Shown here: piece by piece, positions 42,615-56,600 of the stretch | Position numbering within the stretch: position 1 is the stretch's first letter | Layout: every line of letters starts with the position of its first letter | From: Eledone cirrhosa | Lineage: Eukaryota | Assembly: GCA_964016885.1 (NCBI GenBank) | Contig: OZ024744.1 | Span: 10,106,001 to 10,170,000 of the forward strand | Length of the DNA stretch: 64,000 nt | Direction: 5' to 3' | Program-made: the position numbers and the translations under genes | Notes under the pieces: generated by a model | Seen by the model: only the letters and a program-made list of their open reading frames with translations | The model's database searches: none | What the model was told of the DNA's origin: nothing

Positions 42615-45600
42615 AGACTTTAATATTTAATGTATTTAAAGTATCTTTACTGGTTGACAAATTCCTGTGAATATTTACAGTATTACAGTAAAGACTATAA
42701 TATTTAATGTGATGTAGTCACAGTGTTGTTTTGTACCAAATGTTTATAGTATCTTTACTTGTGGACAGATTGTTGTGAATATTTACAGCATAACAGTAAA
42801 GACTTTAATATTTTATGTGATGTAGTCACAGTGTTGTTTTGTACTAAATTTTTATAATATCTTTACTGGTGGACAGATTGTTGTGAAATGTACAGTATTA
42901 CAGTAAAGATTATAATATTTAATGTGATGTAGTCATAGTGTTATTTTGTACTAAATGTTTATAGTATCTTTACTGGTGGACAGATTGTTGTGAATATTTA
43001 CAGTATTACAGTAAAGACTTTAATATTTAATGTGATGTAGTCATAGTGTTGTTTTATACTAAATTGTTATAGTATCTTTACTGTTGGACAGATTATTGTG
43101 AATATTTACAGCATTACAGTAAAGAATTTAATATTTAATGTCATGTAGTCATAGTGTTGTTTTGAACTAAATGTTTATAGTATCTTTACTAGTAGACAGA
43201 TTGTTGTGAATATTTACAGTATTACAGTAAAAACTTTAATATCCAATGTGATGTAGTCATGTTGTTGTTTTGTACTAAATGTTTATAGTATCTTTACTGG
43301 TGGACAGATTGTTGTGAACATTTACAGTATTACAGTAAAGACTTTAATATTTAATGTGATGTAGTCATAGTGTTGTTTTGTACTAAATGTTTATAGTACC
43401 TTTTCTGGTGGACAGATTGTTGCGAAAATTTACAGTATTAGAGTAAATACTTTGATATCTAATGTGATGTAATTATAGTCCTGTTTTGTACTAAATGTTT
43501 ATAGTATCTTTACTGGTAGACAGATTGTTGTGAATTTTTACAGTATTACAGTAAAGACTTTAATATTTAATGTGATGTAGTCATAGTGTTGTTTTGAACT
43601 AAATGTTTATAGTATCTTTACTGGTGGACAGATTGTTGAGAATATTTATAGTATTACAGTAAAGACTTTCATATTTAATGTGATGTAGTCATAGTGTTGT
43701 TTTGTACTAAATGTTTATAGTATCTTTAATAGAAGACAGAATGTTGTGAATATTTACAGTAAAGAATTTAATATTTAATGTGATGTAGTCATAGTGTTGT
43801 TTTGTGCTAAATGTTTATAGTATCTTTACTGGTAGACAAATTGCTGTGAATATTTACAGTATTACAGTAAAGACCTTAATATTTAATGTGATGTAATCAT
43901 ATTGTTGTTTTGTACTAAATATTTATAGTATCTTTACTGGTGGACAGATTGTTGTGAAAATTTACAGTATTACAGTAAAGACTTTAATATTTAATGTGAT
44001 GTAGTCATAGTGTTGTTTTGTACTAAATGTTTATAGTATCTTTTCTGGTAGACAGATTGTTGTGAAAATTTACAGTATTACAGTAAATACTTTAATATCT
44101 AATGTGATGTAATCATAGTGTTGTTTTGTACTAAATAATTATAGAATCTTTACTAGTAGACAGATTCTTGTGAATATTTACAGTATTACAGTAAAGACTT
44201 TAATATTTAATGTGATCTAGTCATAGTGTTGTTTTGTACTAAATGTTTATAGTATCTTTACTGGTGGACAGATTGTTGTGAATATTTACAGTATTACAGT
44301 AAAGACTTTAATATTTAATGTGATGTAGTCATAGTGTTGTTTTGTACTAAATGTTTATATTATCTTTACCAGTAAACAGATTGTTGTGAATATTTACAGT
44401 ATTACAGCAAAGACTTTAATATTTAATGTGATGTAGACATAGTGATGTTTTGTACTAAATTTTTATAATATCTTTACTGGTGGACAGATTGTTGTGAATA
44501 TTTACAGTATTACAGTAAAGACTTTAATATTTAATGTGATGTAGTCATAGTGTTGTTTTGTACTAAATGTTTATAGTATCTTTACTGGTGGACAGATTGT
44601 TGTGAATATTTACAGTATTACAGTAAAGACTTTAATATTTAATGTGATGTAGTCATAGTGTTGTTTTGTACGAAATGTTTATATTATCTTTAGTGGTGGA
44701 GAGATTGTTGTGAAAATGTACAGTATTACAGTAAAGACTTTAATATTTAATGTGATGTAGTCATAGTGTTGTTTTGTACTAAATGTTTATAGCATCTTTA
44801 CTAGAAGACAGAATGTTGTGAATATTTACAGCAAAGAATTTAATATTTAATGTGATGTAGTCATAATGTTGTTTTGTGCTAAATGTTTATGGTATATTTA
44901 CTGGTAGACAAATTCCTGTGAATATTTACAGTATTACAGTAAAGACTTTAATATGTAATGTGATGTAGTCATAGTGTTGTTTTATATTGTTATAGTATCT
45001 TTACTGTTAGACAGATTATTGTGAATATTTACAGCATTACAGTAAAGAATTTAATATTTAACGTGATTTAATCATAGTGTTGTTTTAAACTAAATATTTA
45101 TAGTATCTTTACTAGTAGACAGATGGTTGTGAATATTTACAGTATTACAGTAAAGACTTTAATATTTAATGTGATGTAGTCATAGTGTTGTTTTGTACTA
45201 AATGTTTATAGTATCTTTACTGTTGGACAGATTGTTGTGAAAATTTACAGTATTACAGTAAAGACTTTAATATTTAATGTGATGTAGTCATAGTGTTGTT
45301 TTGTACTAAATGTTTATAGTATCTTTTCTAGTAGACAGATTGTTGTGAAAATTTACAGTATTACAGTAAATACTTTAATATCTAATGTGATGTAATCATA
45401 GTGTTGTTTTGTACTAAATATTTATAGAATCTTTACTAGTAGAAAGATTCTTGTGAATATTTACAGTATTACAGTAAAGACTTTAATATTTAATGTGATC
45501 TAGTCATAGTGTTTTTTTGTACTAAATGTTTATAGTATCTTTACTGGTGGACAGATTGTTGTGAATATTTACAGTATTACAGTAAAGACTTTAATATTTA

Positions 45601-46034
45601 ATGTGATGTAGTTATAGTGTTGTTTTGTACTAAATGTTTATATTATCTTTACCAGTAAACAGATTGTTGTGAATATTTACAGTATTACAGTAAATATATT
45701 AATATTTAATGTGATGTAGTCATAGTGTTGTTTTGTACGAAATGTTTATATTATCTTTACTGGTGGAGAGATTGTTGTGAAAATGTACAGTATTACAGTA
45801 AAGACTTTAATATTTAATATGATGTAGTCATAGTGTTGTTTTGTACTAAATGTTTATAGTATCTTTACTGGTGGACAGATTGTTGTGAACATTTACAGTA
45901 TTACAGTAAGGACTTTAATATTTAATGTGATGTAGTCATAGTGTTGTTTTGTACTAAATGTTTATAGTATCTTTACTGGTAGACAGATTGTTGTGAATAT
46001 TTACAGTATTACAGTAAAGACTTTAATATTTAAT

Positions 46035-46214
46035 TGTTTCTACTTTAGGCACAAGGCCAGCAATTACCCAGTGCATTACTGGTAGTTTATTTTATCGACC
46101 CCGTAAGGATGAAAGGCAAAGTCAACCTCGGCGGGATTTAAACTCAGATCGTAAAGGGACGTAACTATGCTGGAAAGCATGGCGTCCGACTCTCTACCGA
46201 TACTGCCAATCCAC
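46035..46214 (-). mobile_element. Second SINE copy, made by the 3600-bp duplication; B box mutated
   Basis: Same sequence, TSD (46018-46034, 46215-46231) and flanks; differs at 46085 and 46140 (B box GTTCAAATC becomes GTTTAAATC). Confidence 0.88.
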
Positions 46215-49200
46215 AGACTTTAATATTTAATGTATTTAAAGTATCTTTACTGGTTGACAAATTCCTGTGAATATTTACAGTATTACAGTAAAGACTATAA
46301 TATTTAATGTGATGTAGTCACAGTGTTGTTTTGTACCAAATGTTTATAGTATCTTTACTTGTGGACAGATTGTTGTGAATATTTACAGCATAACAGTAAA
46401 GACTTTAATATTTTATGTGATGTAGTCACAGTGTTGTTTTGTACTAAATTTTTATAATATCTTTACTGGTGGACAGATTGTTGTGAAATGTACAGTATTA
46501 CAGTAAAGATTATAATATTTAATGTGATGTAGTCATAGTGTTATTTTGTACTAAATGTTTATAGTATCTTTACTGGTGGACAGATTGTTGTGAATATTTA
46601 CAGTATTACAGTAAAGACTTTAATATTTAATGTGATGTAGTCATAGTGTTGTTTTATACTAAATTGTTATAGTATCTTTACTGTTGGACAGATTATTGTG
46701 AATATTTACAGCATTACAGTAAAGAATTTAATATTTAATGTCATGTAGTCATAGTGTTGTTTTGAACTAAATGTTTATAGTATCTTTACTAGTAGACAGA
46801 TTGTTGTGAATATTTACAGTATTACAGTAAAAACTTTAATATCCAATGTGATGTAGTCATGTTGTTGTTTTGTACTAAATGTTTATAGTATCTTTACTGG
46901 TGGACAGATTGTTGTGAATATTTACAGTATTACAGTAAAGACTTTAATATTTAATGTGATGTAGTCATAGTGTCGTTTTGTACTATATGTTTATAGTATC
47001 TTTACTAGTGGACAGATTGTTGTGAATATTTACAGTATTACAGTAAAGACTTTAATATTTAATGTGATGTAGTCATAGTGTTGTTTTGTACTAAATGTTT
47101 ATAGTATCTTTTCTAGTAGACAGATTGTTGTGAAAATTTACAGTATTACAGTAAATACTTTAATATTTAATGTCATGTAGTCATAGTGTTGTTTTGTACG
47201 CAATGTTCATACTATCTTTACTGGTGGAGAGATTGTTGTGAAAATGTACATTATTACAGTAAAGACTTTAATATTTAATGTGATGTAGTCATAGTGTTGT
47301 TTTGTACTAAATGTTTATAGTATCTTTACTGGTGGACAGATTGTTGTGAACATTTACAGTATTACAGTAAAGACTTTAATATTTAATGTGACGTAGTCAT
47401 GGTGTTGTTTTGTACTAAATGTTTATAGTATCTTTACTAGTAGACAGATTGTTGTGGAAATTTACAGTACTACTGTAAAAATTATAATATTTAATGTGAT
47501 GTAGCCATAGTTTTGTTTTGTACTAAATGTTTATAGTATCTTTACTGGTGGACAGATTGTTGTGAATATTTACAGTATTACAGTAAAGACTTTAATATTT
47601 AATGTGATGTAGTCATAGTGTTGTTTTGTACTAAATGTTTATAGTATCTTTACTAGAAGACAGAATGTTGTGAATATTTACAGTAAAGAATTTAATATTT
47701 AATGTGATGTAGTCATAGTGTTGTTTTGTGCTAAATGTTTATAGTATCTTTACTGATTGACAAATTACTGTGAATATTTACAGTATTACAGTAAAGACTA
47801 TAATATTTCATGTGATCTAGTCATAATGTTGTTTTGTACCAAATGTTTATAGTATCTGTACTGGTGGAGAGATTGTTGTGAATATTTACAGCATAACAGT
47901 AAAGACTTTAATATATTATGTGATGTAGTCACAGTGTTGTTTTGTACTAAATTTTTATAATATCTTTACTGGTGGACAGATTGTTGTGAATATTTACAGT
48001 ATTACAGTAAAGACTTTATTATTTAATGTGATGCAGTCATAGTGTTGTTTTGTAGTAAATGTTTATAGTATCTTTTCTAGTAGACAGATTGTTGTGAAAA
48101 TTTACAGTATTACAGTAAATACTTTAATATTTAATGTGATGTAGTCATAGTGTTGTTTTGTACTAAATTTTTATAGTATCTTTACTGGTGGACAGATTGT
48201 TGTGAATATTTACAGTATTACAGTAAAGACTTTAATATTTAATGTGATGTAGTCATAGTGTGGTTTTGTACTATATGTTTATAGTATCTTTACTGGTTGA
48301 CAGATTGTTGTGAATATTTACAGTATTACAGTAAAGAATTTAATATTTAATGTGATGTAGTCATAGTGTTGTTTTGTACTAAATGTTTATATTATCTTTA
48401 TCAGTAAACAGATTGTTGTGAATATTTACAGTATTACAGTAAATATATTAATATTTAATGTGATGTAGTCATAGTGTTGTTTTGTACTAAATGTTTATAT
48501 TATCTTTAATGGTGGAGAGATTGTTGTGAAAATGTACAGTATTACAGTAAAGATTAAAATATTTAATGTGACGTAGCCATAGTGTTGTTTTGTACTAAAT
48601 GTTTATAATATCATTACTGGTGGACAGATTGTTGAGAATATTTACAGTATTACAGTAAAGACTTTAATATTTAATGTGATGTAGTCATAGTGTTGTTTTG
48701 TACTAAACGTTTATATTATGTTTACTGGTGGACAGATTGTTGTGAATATTTACAGCATTACAGTAAAGAATTTAATATTTAATGTGATGTAGTCATAGTG
48801 TTGTTTTATACTAAATGTTTATATTATCTTTACTGTTGGACAGATTGATGTGAATATTTACAGCATTACAGTAAAGAATTTAATATTTAATGTGATGTAG
48901 TCATAGTGTTGTTTTGAACCAAATGTTTATAGTATCTTTACTAGTAGACAGATTGTTGTGAATATTTACAGGATTACAGTAAAGACTTTAATATTTAATG
49001 TGGTGTAGTCATAGTGTTGTTTCGTACTAAATGTTTATAGTATCTTTACTGGTGGACAGATTGTCGTGAATATTTACAGTATTACAGTAAACACTTTCAT
49101 ATTTAATGTGATGTAGTCATAGTGTTGTTTTGTACTAAATGTTTATATTATCATTACTGGTGGACAGATTGTTGTGAATATTTACAGTATTACAGTAAAG

Positions 49201-52200
49201 ACTTTAATATCTAATGTGATGTAATCATAGTGTTGGTTTGTACTAAATGTTTATAGTGTCTTTACTAATAGACAGATTCTTGTGAATATTTACAGTATTA
49301 CAGTAAAGACTTTAATATTTAATGTGATGTAGTCATAGTGTTGTTTTGAACTAAATGTTTATAGTATCTTTACTAGTAGACAGATTGTTGTGAATATTTA
49401 CAGGATTACAGTAAAGACTTTAAAATCTAATGTGATGTAATCATAGTGTTGGTTTGTACTAAATGTTTATAGTATCTTTACTAGTAAACAGATTCTTGTT
49501 AATATTTACAGTATTACAGTAAAGAATTTAATATTTAATGTGATCTAGTCATAGTGTTGTTTTGTACTAAATGTTTATAGTATCTTTACTGTTGGACAGA
49601 TTGTTGTGAATATTTACAGTATTACAGTAAAGATTATGATATTTAATGTGACGTAGCCATAGTGTTGTTTTGTACTAAATGTTTATAGTATCTTTACTGG
49701 TGGACAGATTGTTGTGAATATTTACAGTATTACAGAAAAGACTTTAATATTTAATGTGATGTAGTCAAAGTGTTGTTTTGTACTAAATGATTATAATATC
49801 TTTACTGGTGGACAGATTGTTGTGAATATTTACAGTATTACAGAAAAGACTTTAATATTTAATGTGATGTAGTCATAGTGTTGTTTTATACTAAATTTTT
49901 ATAATATCTTTACTGGTGGACAGATTGTTGTGAAAATGTACAGTATTACACTAAAGATTATAATATTTAATGTGATGTAGCCATAGTGTTGTTTTGTATT
50001 AAATGTTTATAGTATCTTTACAGGTGAACAGATTCTTGTGAATATTTACAGTATTACAGTAAAGACTTTAATATGTAATATGATGTAGTCATAATGTTGT
50101 TTTGTACTAAATGTTTATAGTATCTTTACTGGTGGACAGATTGTTGTGAATATTTACAGTTTTACAGTAAAGACTTTAATATTTAATGTGATGTAGTCAT
50201 AGTGTTGTTTTGTAGCAAATGTTTATAGTATCTTTACTGGTAGACAGATTTTTGTGAAATTTTACAGTAAAGACTTTAATATTTAATGTCATGTAGTCAT
50301 AGTGTTCTTTCGTTCTAAATGTTTATAGTATCTTTAATGGTGGACAGATTGTTGTGAACATTTACACAATTACAGTAAATACTTTAATATCTAACGTGAT
50401 GTAATCATAGTGTTGTTTTGTACTAACTGTTTATAGTATCATTACTGGTAGACAAATTCTGTGAATATTTACAGTATTACAGTAAAGACTTTCATATTTA
50501 ATGTGATGTAGTCATAGTGTTGTTTTGTACTAAATGTTTATAGTATCTTTACTAGTAGACAGATTGTTGTGAATATTTACAGTATTACAGTAAATACTTT
50601 AATATCTAATGTGATGTAATCATAGTGTTGTTTTGTACTTAATGTTTATAGTATCTTTACTAGTAGACAGATTCTTGTGAATATTTACAGTGTCACAGTA
50701 AAGACCTTAATATTCAATGTGATGTAGTCATAGTGTTGTTTTGTAATAAATGTTTATAGTATCTTTACTGGTGGACAGATTGTTTTGAATATTTACAGTA
50801 TTACAGTAAAAACTTTAATATTTAATGTGATGTAGTCATAGTGTTGTTTTGTACTAAATGTTTATATTATCTTTACCAGTAAACAGATTGTTGTGAATAT
50901 TTACAGTATTACAGTAAATATATTAATATTTAATGTGATGTAGTCATAGTGTTGTTTTGTACTAAATGTTTATAGTATCTTTACTGGTGGAGAGATTGTT
51001 GTGAAAATGTACAGTATTACACTAAAGATTACAATATTTAATGTGACATAGCCATAGTGTTGTTTTATACTAAATGTTTATAGTATCTTTACTGTTGGAC
51101 AGATTGTTGTGAATATTTACAGCATTACAGCAAAGAATTTAATATTTAATGTGATGTAGTCATAGTGTTGTTTTGAGCTAAATGTTTATAGTATCTTTAC
51201 TGGTGGACAGATTGTTGTGAATATTTACAGTATTACACTAAAGACTTTAATATTTAATGTGATGTAGTCATAGTGTTGTTTTGTACCAAATGTTTATAGT
51301 ATCTTTACTTGTAGACGGATTTTTGTGAAATTTTACAGTAAAGACTTTAATATTTAATGTGATGTAGTCATAGTGTTGTTTTCTACTAAATGTTTATATT
51401 ATCTTTACCAGTAAACAGATTGTTGTGAATATTTACAGTATTACAGTAAAGACATTCATATTTATTGTGATGTAATCATTGTGTTGTTTTGTACTAAATG
51501 ATTATAGTATCTTTACTGGTGGACAGATTGTTGTGAATATTTACAATATTACAGTAAAGACTTTAATATTTAATGTGATGTAGTCATAGTGTTCTTTCGT
51601 ACTAAATGTTTATAGTATCTAATACTGGTGGACAGATTTTTGTGAATATTTACAGTATTACAGTAAAGACTTTAATATTTAATGTGATGTAGTCATAGTG
51701 TTGTTTGGTAATAAATGTTTATAGTATCTTTACTAGTAGACAGATTCTTGTGAATATTTACAGTATTACAGTAAAGACTTTAATATGTAATGTGATGTAG
51801 TCATAGTGTTGTTTTGTACTAAATGTTTATAGTATCTTTACTGGTAGACAGATTGTTGTGAATATTTACAGTATTACACTAAAGACTTTAATATTTAATG
51901 TGATGTAGTCATAGTGTTGTTTTGTACCAAATGTTTATAGTATCTTTACTTGTAGACAGATTTTTGTGAAATTTTACAGTAAAGACTTTAATATTTAATG
52001 TGATGTAGTCATAGTGTTGTTTTCTACTAAATGTTTATATTATCTTTACCAGTAAACAGATTGTTGTGAATATTTACAGTATTACAGTAAATATATTAAT
52101 ATTAAATGTGATGTAGTCATAGTGTTGTTTTGTACTAAATGTTTATATTATCTTTACTGGGGTAGAGATTGTTGTGAAAATGTTCAGTATTACAGTACAG

Positions 52201-53655
52201 ATTACAATATTTAATTTCACGTAGCCATAGTGTTGTTTTGTACTAAATGTTTATAGTATCTTTACTGGTGGACAGATTGTTGAGACTATTTACAGTATTA
52301 CAGTAAAGACTTTAATATTTAATGTGATGTAGTCATAGTGTTGTTTTGTACTAAATGTTTATAGTATCTTTACTAGAAGACAGAATGTTGTGAATATTTA
52401 CAGTAAAGAATTTAATATTTAATGTAATGTAGTCATAGTGTTGTTTCGTACTAAATGTTTATAGTATCTAATATTGGTGGACAGATTTTTGTGAATATTT
52501 ACAGTATTACAGTAAAGACTTAATATTTAATGTGATGTAGTCATAGTGTTGTTTCGTACTAAATGTTTATAGTATCTTTACTGGTTGACAGATTGTCGTG
52601 AATATTTACAGTATTACAATAAATACTTTAATATTTAATGTGATGTAATCATAGTGTTGTTTTGTACTAAATGTTTATAGTATCTTTACTGGTGGACAGA
52701 TTGTCGTGAATATTTACAGTATTACAGTAAAGACTTTAATATTTAATGTGATGTAGTCATAGTGTTGTTTTGTAATAAATGTTTATAGTATCATTACTGT
52801 TGGACAGATTTTTGTGAATATTTACAGTATTACAATAAATACTTTAATATTTAATGTGATGTAATCATAGTGTTGTTTTGTACTAAATGTTTACAGTATC
52901 TTTACTGGCCGACAGATTGTTGTGAATATTTACAGTATTACAGTAAAGACTTTAATATTTAATGTGATGTAGTCATAGTGTTGTTTTGTAATAAATGTTT
53001 ATAGTATCTTTACTAGTAGACAGATTCTTGTGAAAATTTCGAGTATTACAGTAAAGACTTTAATATTTAATGTGATGTAGTCATAGTGTTGTTTTGTACT
53101 AAATGTTTATAGTATCTTTACTGGTGGACAGATTGTTGTGAATATTTACAGTATTACAGTAAAGACTTTAATATTTAATGTGATGTACTCATAGTGTTGT
53201 TTTGTACTAAATGTTTATAGTATCTTTACTAGAAGACAGCATGTTGTGAACATTTAGAGTAACGAATTTAATATTTAATGTGATGTAGTCATAGTGTTGT
53301 TTTGTGCTAAATGTTTATAGTATCTTTACTGGCAGACAAATTGCTGTGAATATTTACAGTATTACAGTAAAGACTTTAATATTTAATGTGATGTAGTCAT
53401 AGTGTTGTTTTGTACTAAATGTTTATAGTATCTTTACTGGTGGACAGATTGTTGTGAATATTTACAGTATTACAGTAAAGACTTTAATATTTAATGTGAT
53501 GTAGTCATAGTGTTGTTTTGTACTAAATGTTTATAGTATCTTTACTGGTGGACAGATTGTTGTGAATATTTACAGTATTACAGTAAAGACTTTAATATTT
53601 AATGTGATGTAGTCATAGTGTTGTTTTGTACTAAATGTTTATAGTATCTTTACTG

Positions 53656-56600
53656 TTGTTGTACTCCAATATGTTGTGCTGGTGAACTCCAATATGTTGT
53701 GTTGTTGCACTCCAATATGTTCTGTTGTTGTACTCCAATAAGTTGTGATGTTGTACTCCAATATGTTGTGTTGTTGTACTCCAATATGTTGTGCTGTTGT
53801 ACTTCAATATGTTGTGTTGTTGTACTCCAATATGTTGTGTTGCTGTACTCCAATATGTTGTGTTGTTATACTCCAATATGTTGCGTTGCTGTACTCCAAT
53901 ATGTTGTGTTGTTGTACTCCAATATGTTGTGCTGCTGTACTCCAATATATTGTGTTATACTCCAATATGTTGTGTTGTTGTACTCCAATATGTTGTGTTG
54001 TTGTAATCCAAAATGTTGTGTTGTTATATTCCAATATGTTGTGTTGTTATACTCCAATATGTTGTGCTCCAATATGTTGTGTTATACTCCAATGTGTTGT
54101 GTTCTTGTACTCCAATATGAAGTGTTGTAATACTCCAATATGTAGAGCTGTTGTTATACTCCAATATGTTGTGTTATAATCCAATGTGCTGTGTTGTTGT
54201 ACTCCAATCTGTTGTGTTGTTATACTCCAATCTGTTGTGTTGTTATACTGCAATATGTTGTGTTGTTATACTCCAATATGTTGTGTTGTTATACTCCAAT
54301 ATGTTGTGCTGTGATACTACAATATGTTGTATTTTTGTACTCCAATATGTTGTGTTGTTGTACTCCAATATGTTGTGTTGTTGTAATCCAATATCTTGTG
54401 CTGTTATACTCCAATATGTTGTGTTGTTGTACTCCAATATGTTGTGTTGTTATACTCCAATATGTTGTGTTGTGATACTCCAAAGTGTTGTGCTGTTGTA
54501 CTCCAATATGTTGTGTTGTTATACTCCAATATGTTGTGTTGTTTTACTCCAATATGTTGCGTTGTTGTACTCCAATCTGTTGTGTTGTTATACTCCAATA
54601 TGATGTGTTGTTATACTCCAATATGGTGTGTTGTTTTACTCCAATATGTTGTGTTGTTGCAATCCAATATGTTTGTGTGGTTTTACTCCAATAAGTTGTG
54701 TTGTTATACTCCAATATGTTGTGTTGTTGTACTCCAATATGGTGTGTTGTTGTTCTCCAATATGTTGTGTTGTTGTACTCCAATATGTTGTGTTGTTATA
54801 CTCCAATATGTTGTGTTGGTGTACTCCAATATGTTGTGCTGTTGAACTCCAAATCTCGTGTTGTTATACTCCAATGTGTTGTGTTGTTATACTCCAATAT
54901 GTTGTGTTGTTGTACTCCAATATGTTGTGTTGTTGTACTCCAATATGTTGTGTTGTTGTACTCCAATATATAGTGCTGTTGTACTCCAATATGTTGTGTT
55001 GTTGTACTCCAATATGTTGTGCTGTTGTACTCCAATATGTTGTGTTGTTATACTCCAATATGTTGTGTTGTTATACTCCAATAAGTTGTGTTGTTTTACT
55101 CCAATATGTTGTGTTGTTATACTCCAGTATGTTGTGTTGTTGTACTCCAATATGTTGTGTTGTTATACTCCAATATGTTGTGTTATATTACTCCAATATG
55201 TTGTGTTGTTGTACTCCAATATGTTGTGTTGTTGTACTCCAATATGTTGTGTTGTTGTAATCCAATATCTTGTGTTGTTATACTCCAATATGTTGTGTTG
55301 TTGTACTCCAATATGTTGTGCTGTTGTACTCCAATCTGTTGTGTTATACTCCAATATGTTGTGTTGTTATACTCCAATATGTTGTGTTGTTATACTCCAA
55401 TATGTTGTGTTGTTTTACTCCAATATGTTGTGTTGTTGTACTCCAATATGTTGTGTTGTTGTACTCCAATATATCATGTTGTCGTACTCCAATATGTCAT
55501 GTTATACTCCAATATGTCGTTGTTATACTCCAATATGTCATGTTGTTGTACTACAATATGTCGTGTTGTTGTACTCCAATATGTTTTGATGCTGTACTCC
55601 AATATGTTGTGTTGTTGTACTCCAATATGTAGTGTTGTTATACTCCAATATGTTGTGTTGTTATACTCCAATATGTTGTGTTGTTGTACTCCAATATGTC
55701 ATGTTGTTGTACTCCGATATTTCATGTTGTTGTACTCCAATATTTTGTGTCGTTGTACTCCAATATGTTGTGTTTTTGTACTCCAATATGTTTTGATGTT
55801 GTACTCCGATATGTTATGTTGTTGTACTCCAATATGTTGTGTTGTTGTACTCCAATATGCTGTGTTGTTATACTCCAATATTTCGTGTTGTTTTACTCCA
55901 ATATGTCATGTTGTTATACTCCAATATTTCGTGTTGCTGTACTCCAATATGTCATGGTGTTGTACTTCAATATGTCGTTTTGTTGTACTCCAATATGTTG
56001 TGTTGTTGTTCTCCAATATGTCGTGTTGTTATACTCCAATATGTTATGATGTTGGACTCCAATATATTGTGTTGTTGTACTCCAATATGTTGTGTTTTTG
56101 TAATCCAATATGTAATGTTGTTATACTCCAATATGTCTTGTTATAGTCCAATATGTCGTGTTGTTGTACTCCAATATGTCATGTTGTTGTACTCCAATAT
56201 TTCGTGTTGTTGTACCCCAATATGTCATGTTGATTATACTCCAATTTTTGTTGCTGTTGTACTCCAATATGTTGTGTTGTTGTACTCCAATATGTTGTGT
56301 TGTTGTACTCCAATATGTTGTGTTGTTGTAATCCAAAATGTTGTGTTGTTATACTCCAATATGTTGTGTTGTTATACTCCAATATGTTGTGCTCCAATAT
56401 GTTGTGTTATACTCCAATGTGTTGTGTTCTTGTACTCCAATATGAAGTGTTGTAATACTCCAATATGTAGTGCTGTTGTTATACTCCAATATGTTGTGTT
56501 ATAATCCAATGTGTTGTGTTGTTGTACTCCAATCTGTTGTGTTGTTATACTCCAATCTGTTGTGTTGTTATACTGCAATATGTTGTGTTGTTATACTCCA

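Larger units (their letters stand above)
39662..46918. repeat. 3600-bp tandem duplication including the SINE
   Basis: Lines from 39661 match lines from 43261 in register; breakpoint within ~43262-43318; three differences seen by eye. Confidence 0.93.
3631..53655. repeat. 108-bp AT-rich satellite array (~50 kb, roughly 480 monomers by estimate) with ~100-bp and 58-bp deletion variants
   Basis: Consensus ATAGTGTTGTTTTGTACTAAATGTTTATAGTATCTTTACTGGTGGACAGATTGTTGTGAATATTTACAGTATTACAGTAAAGACTTTAATATTTAATGTGATGTAGTC; period checked at 3631/3739 and 53399/53507/53615; head-to-tail in one orientation; no ORF in the track. Confidence 0.98.
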
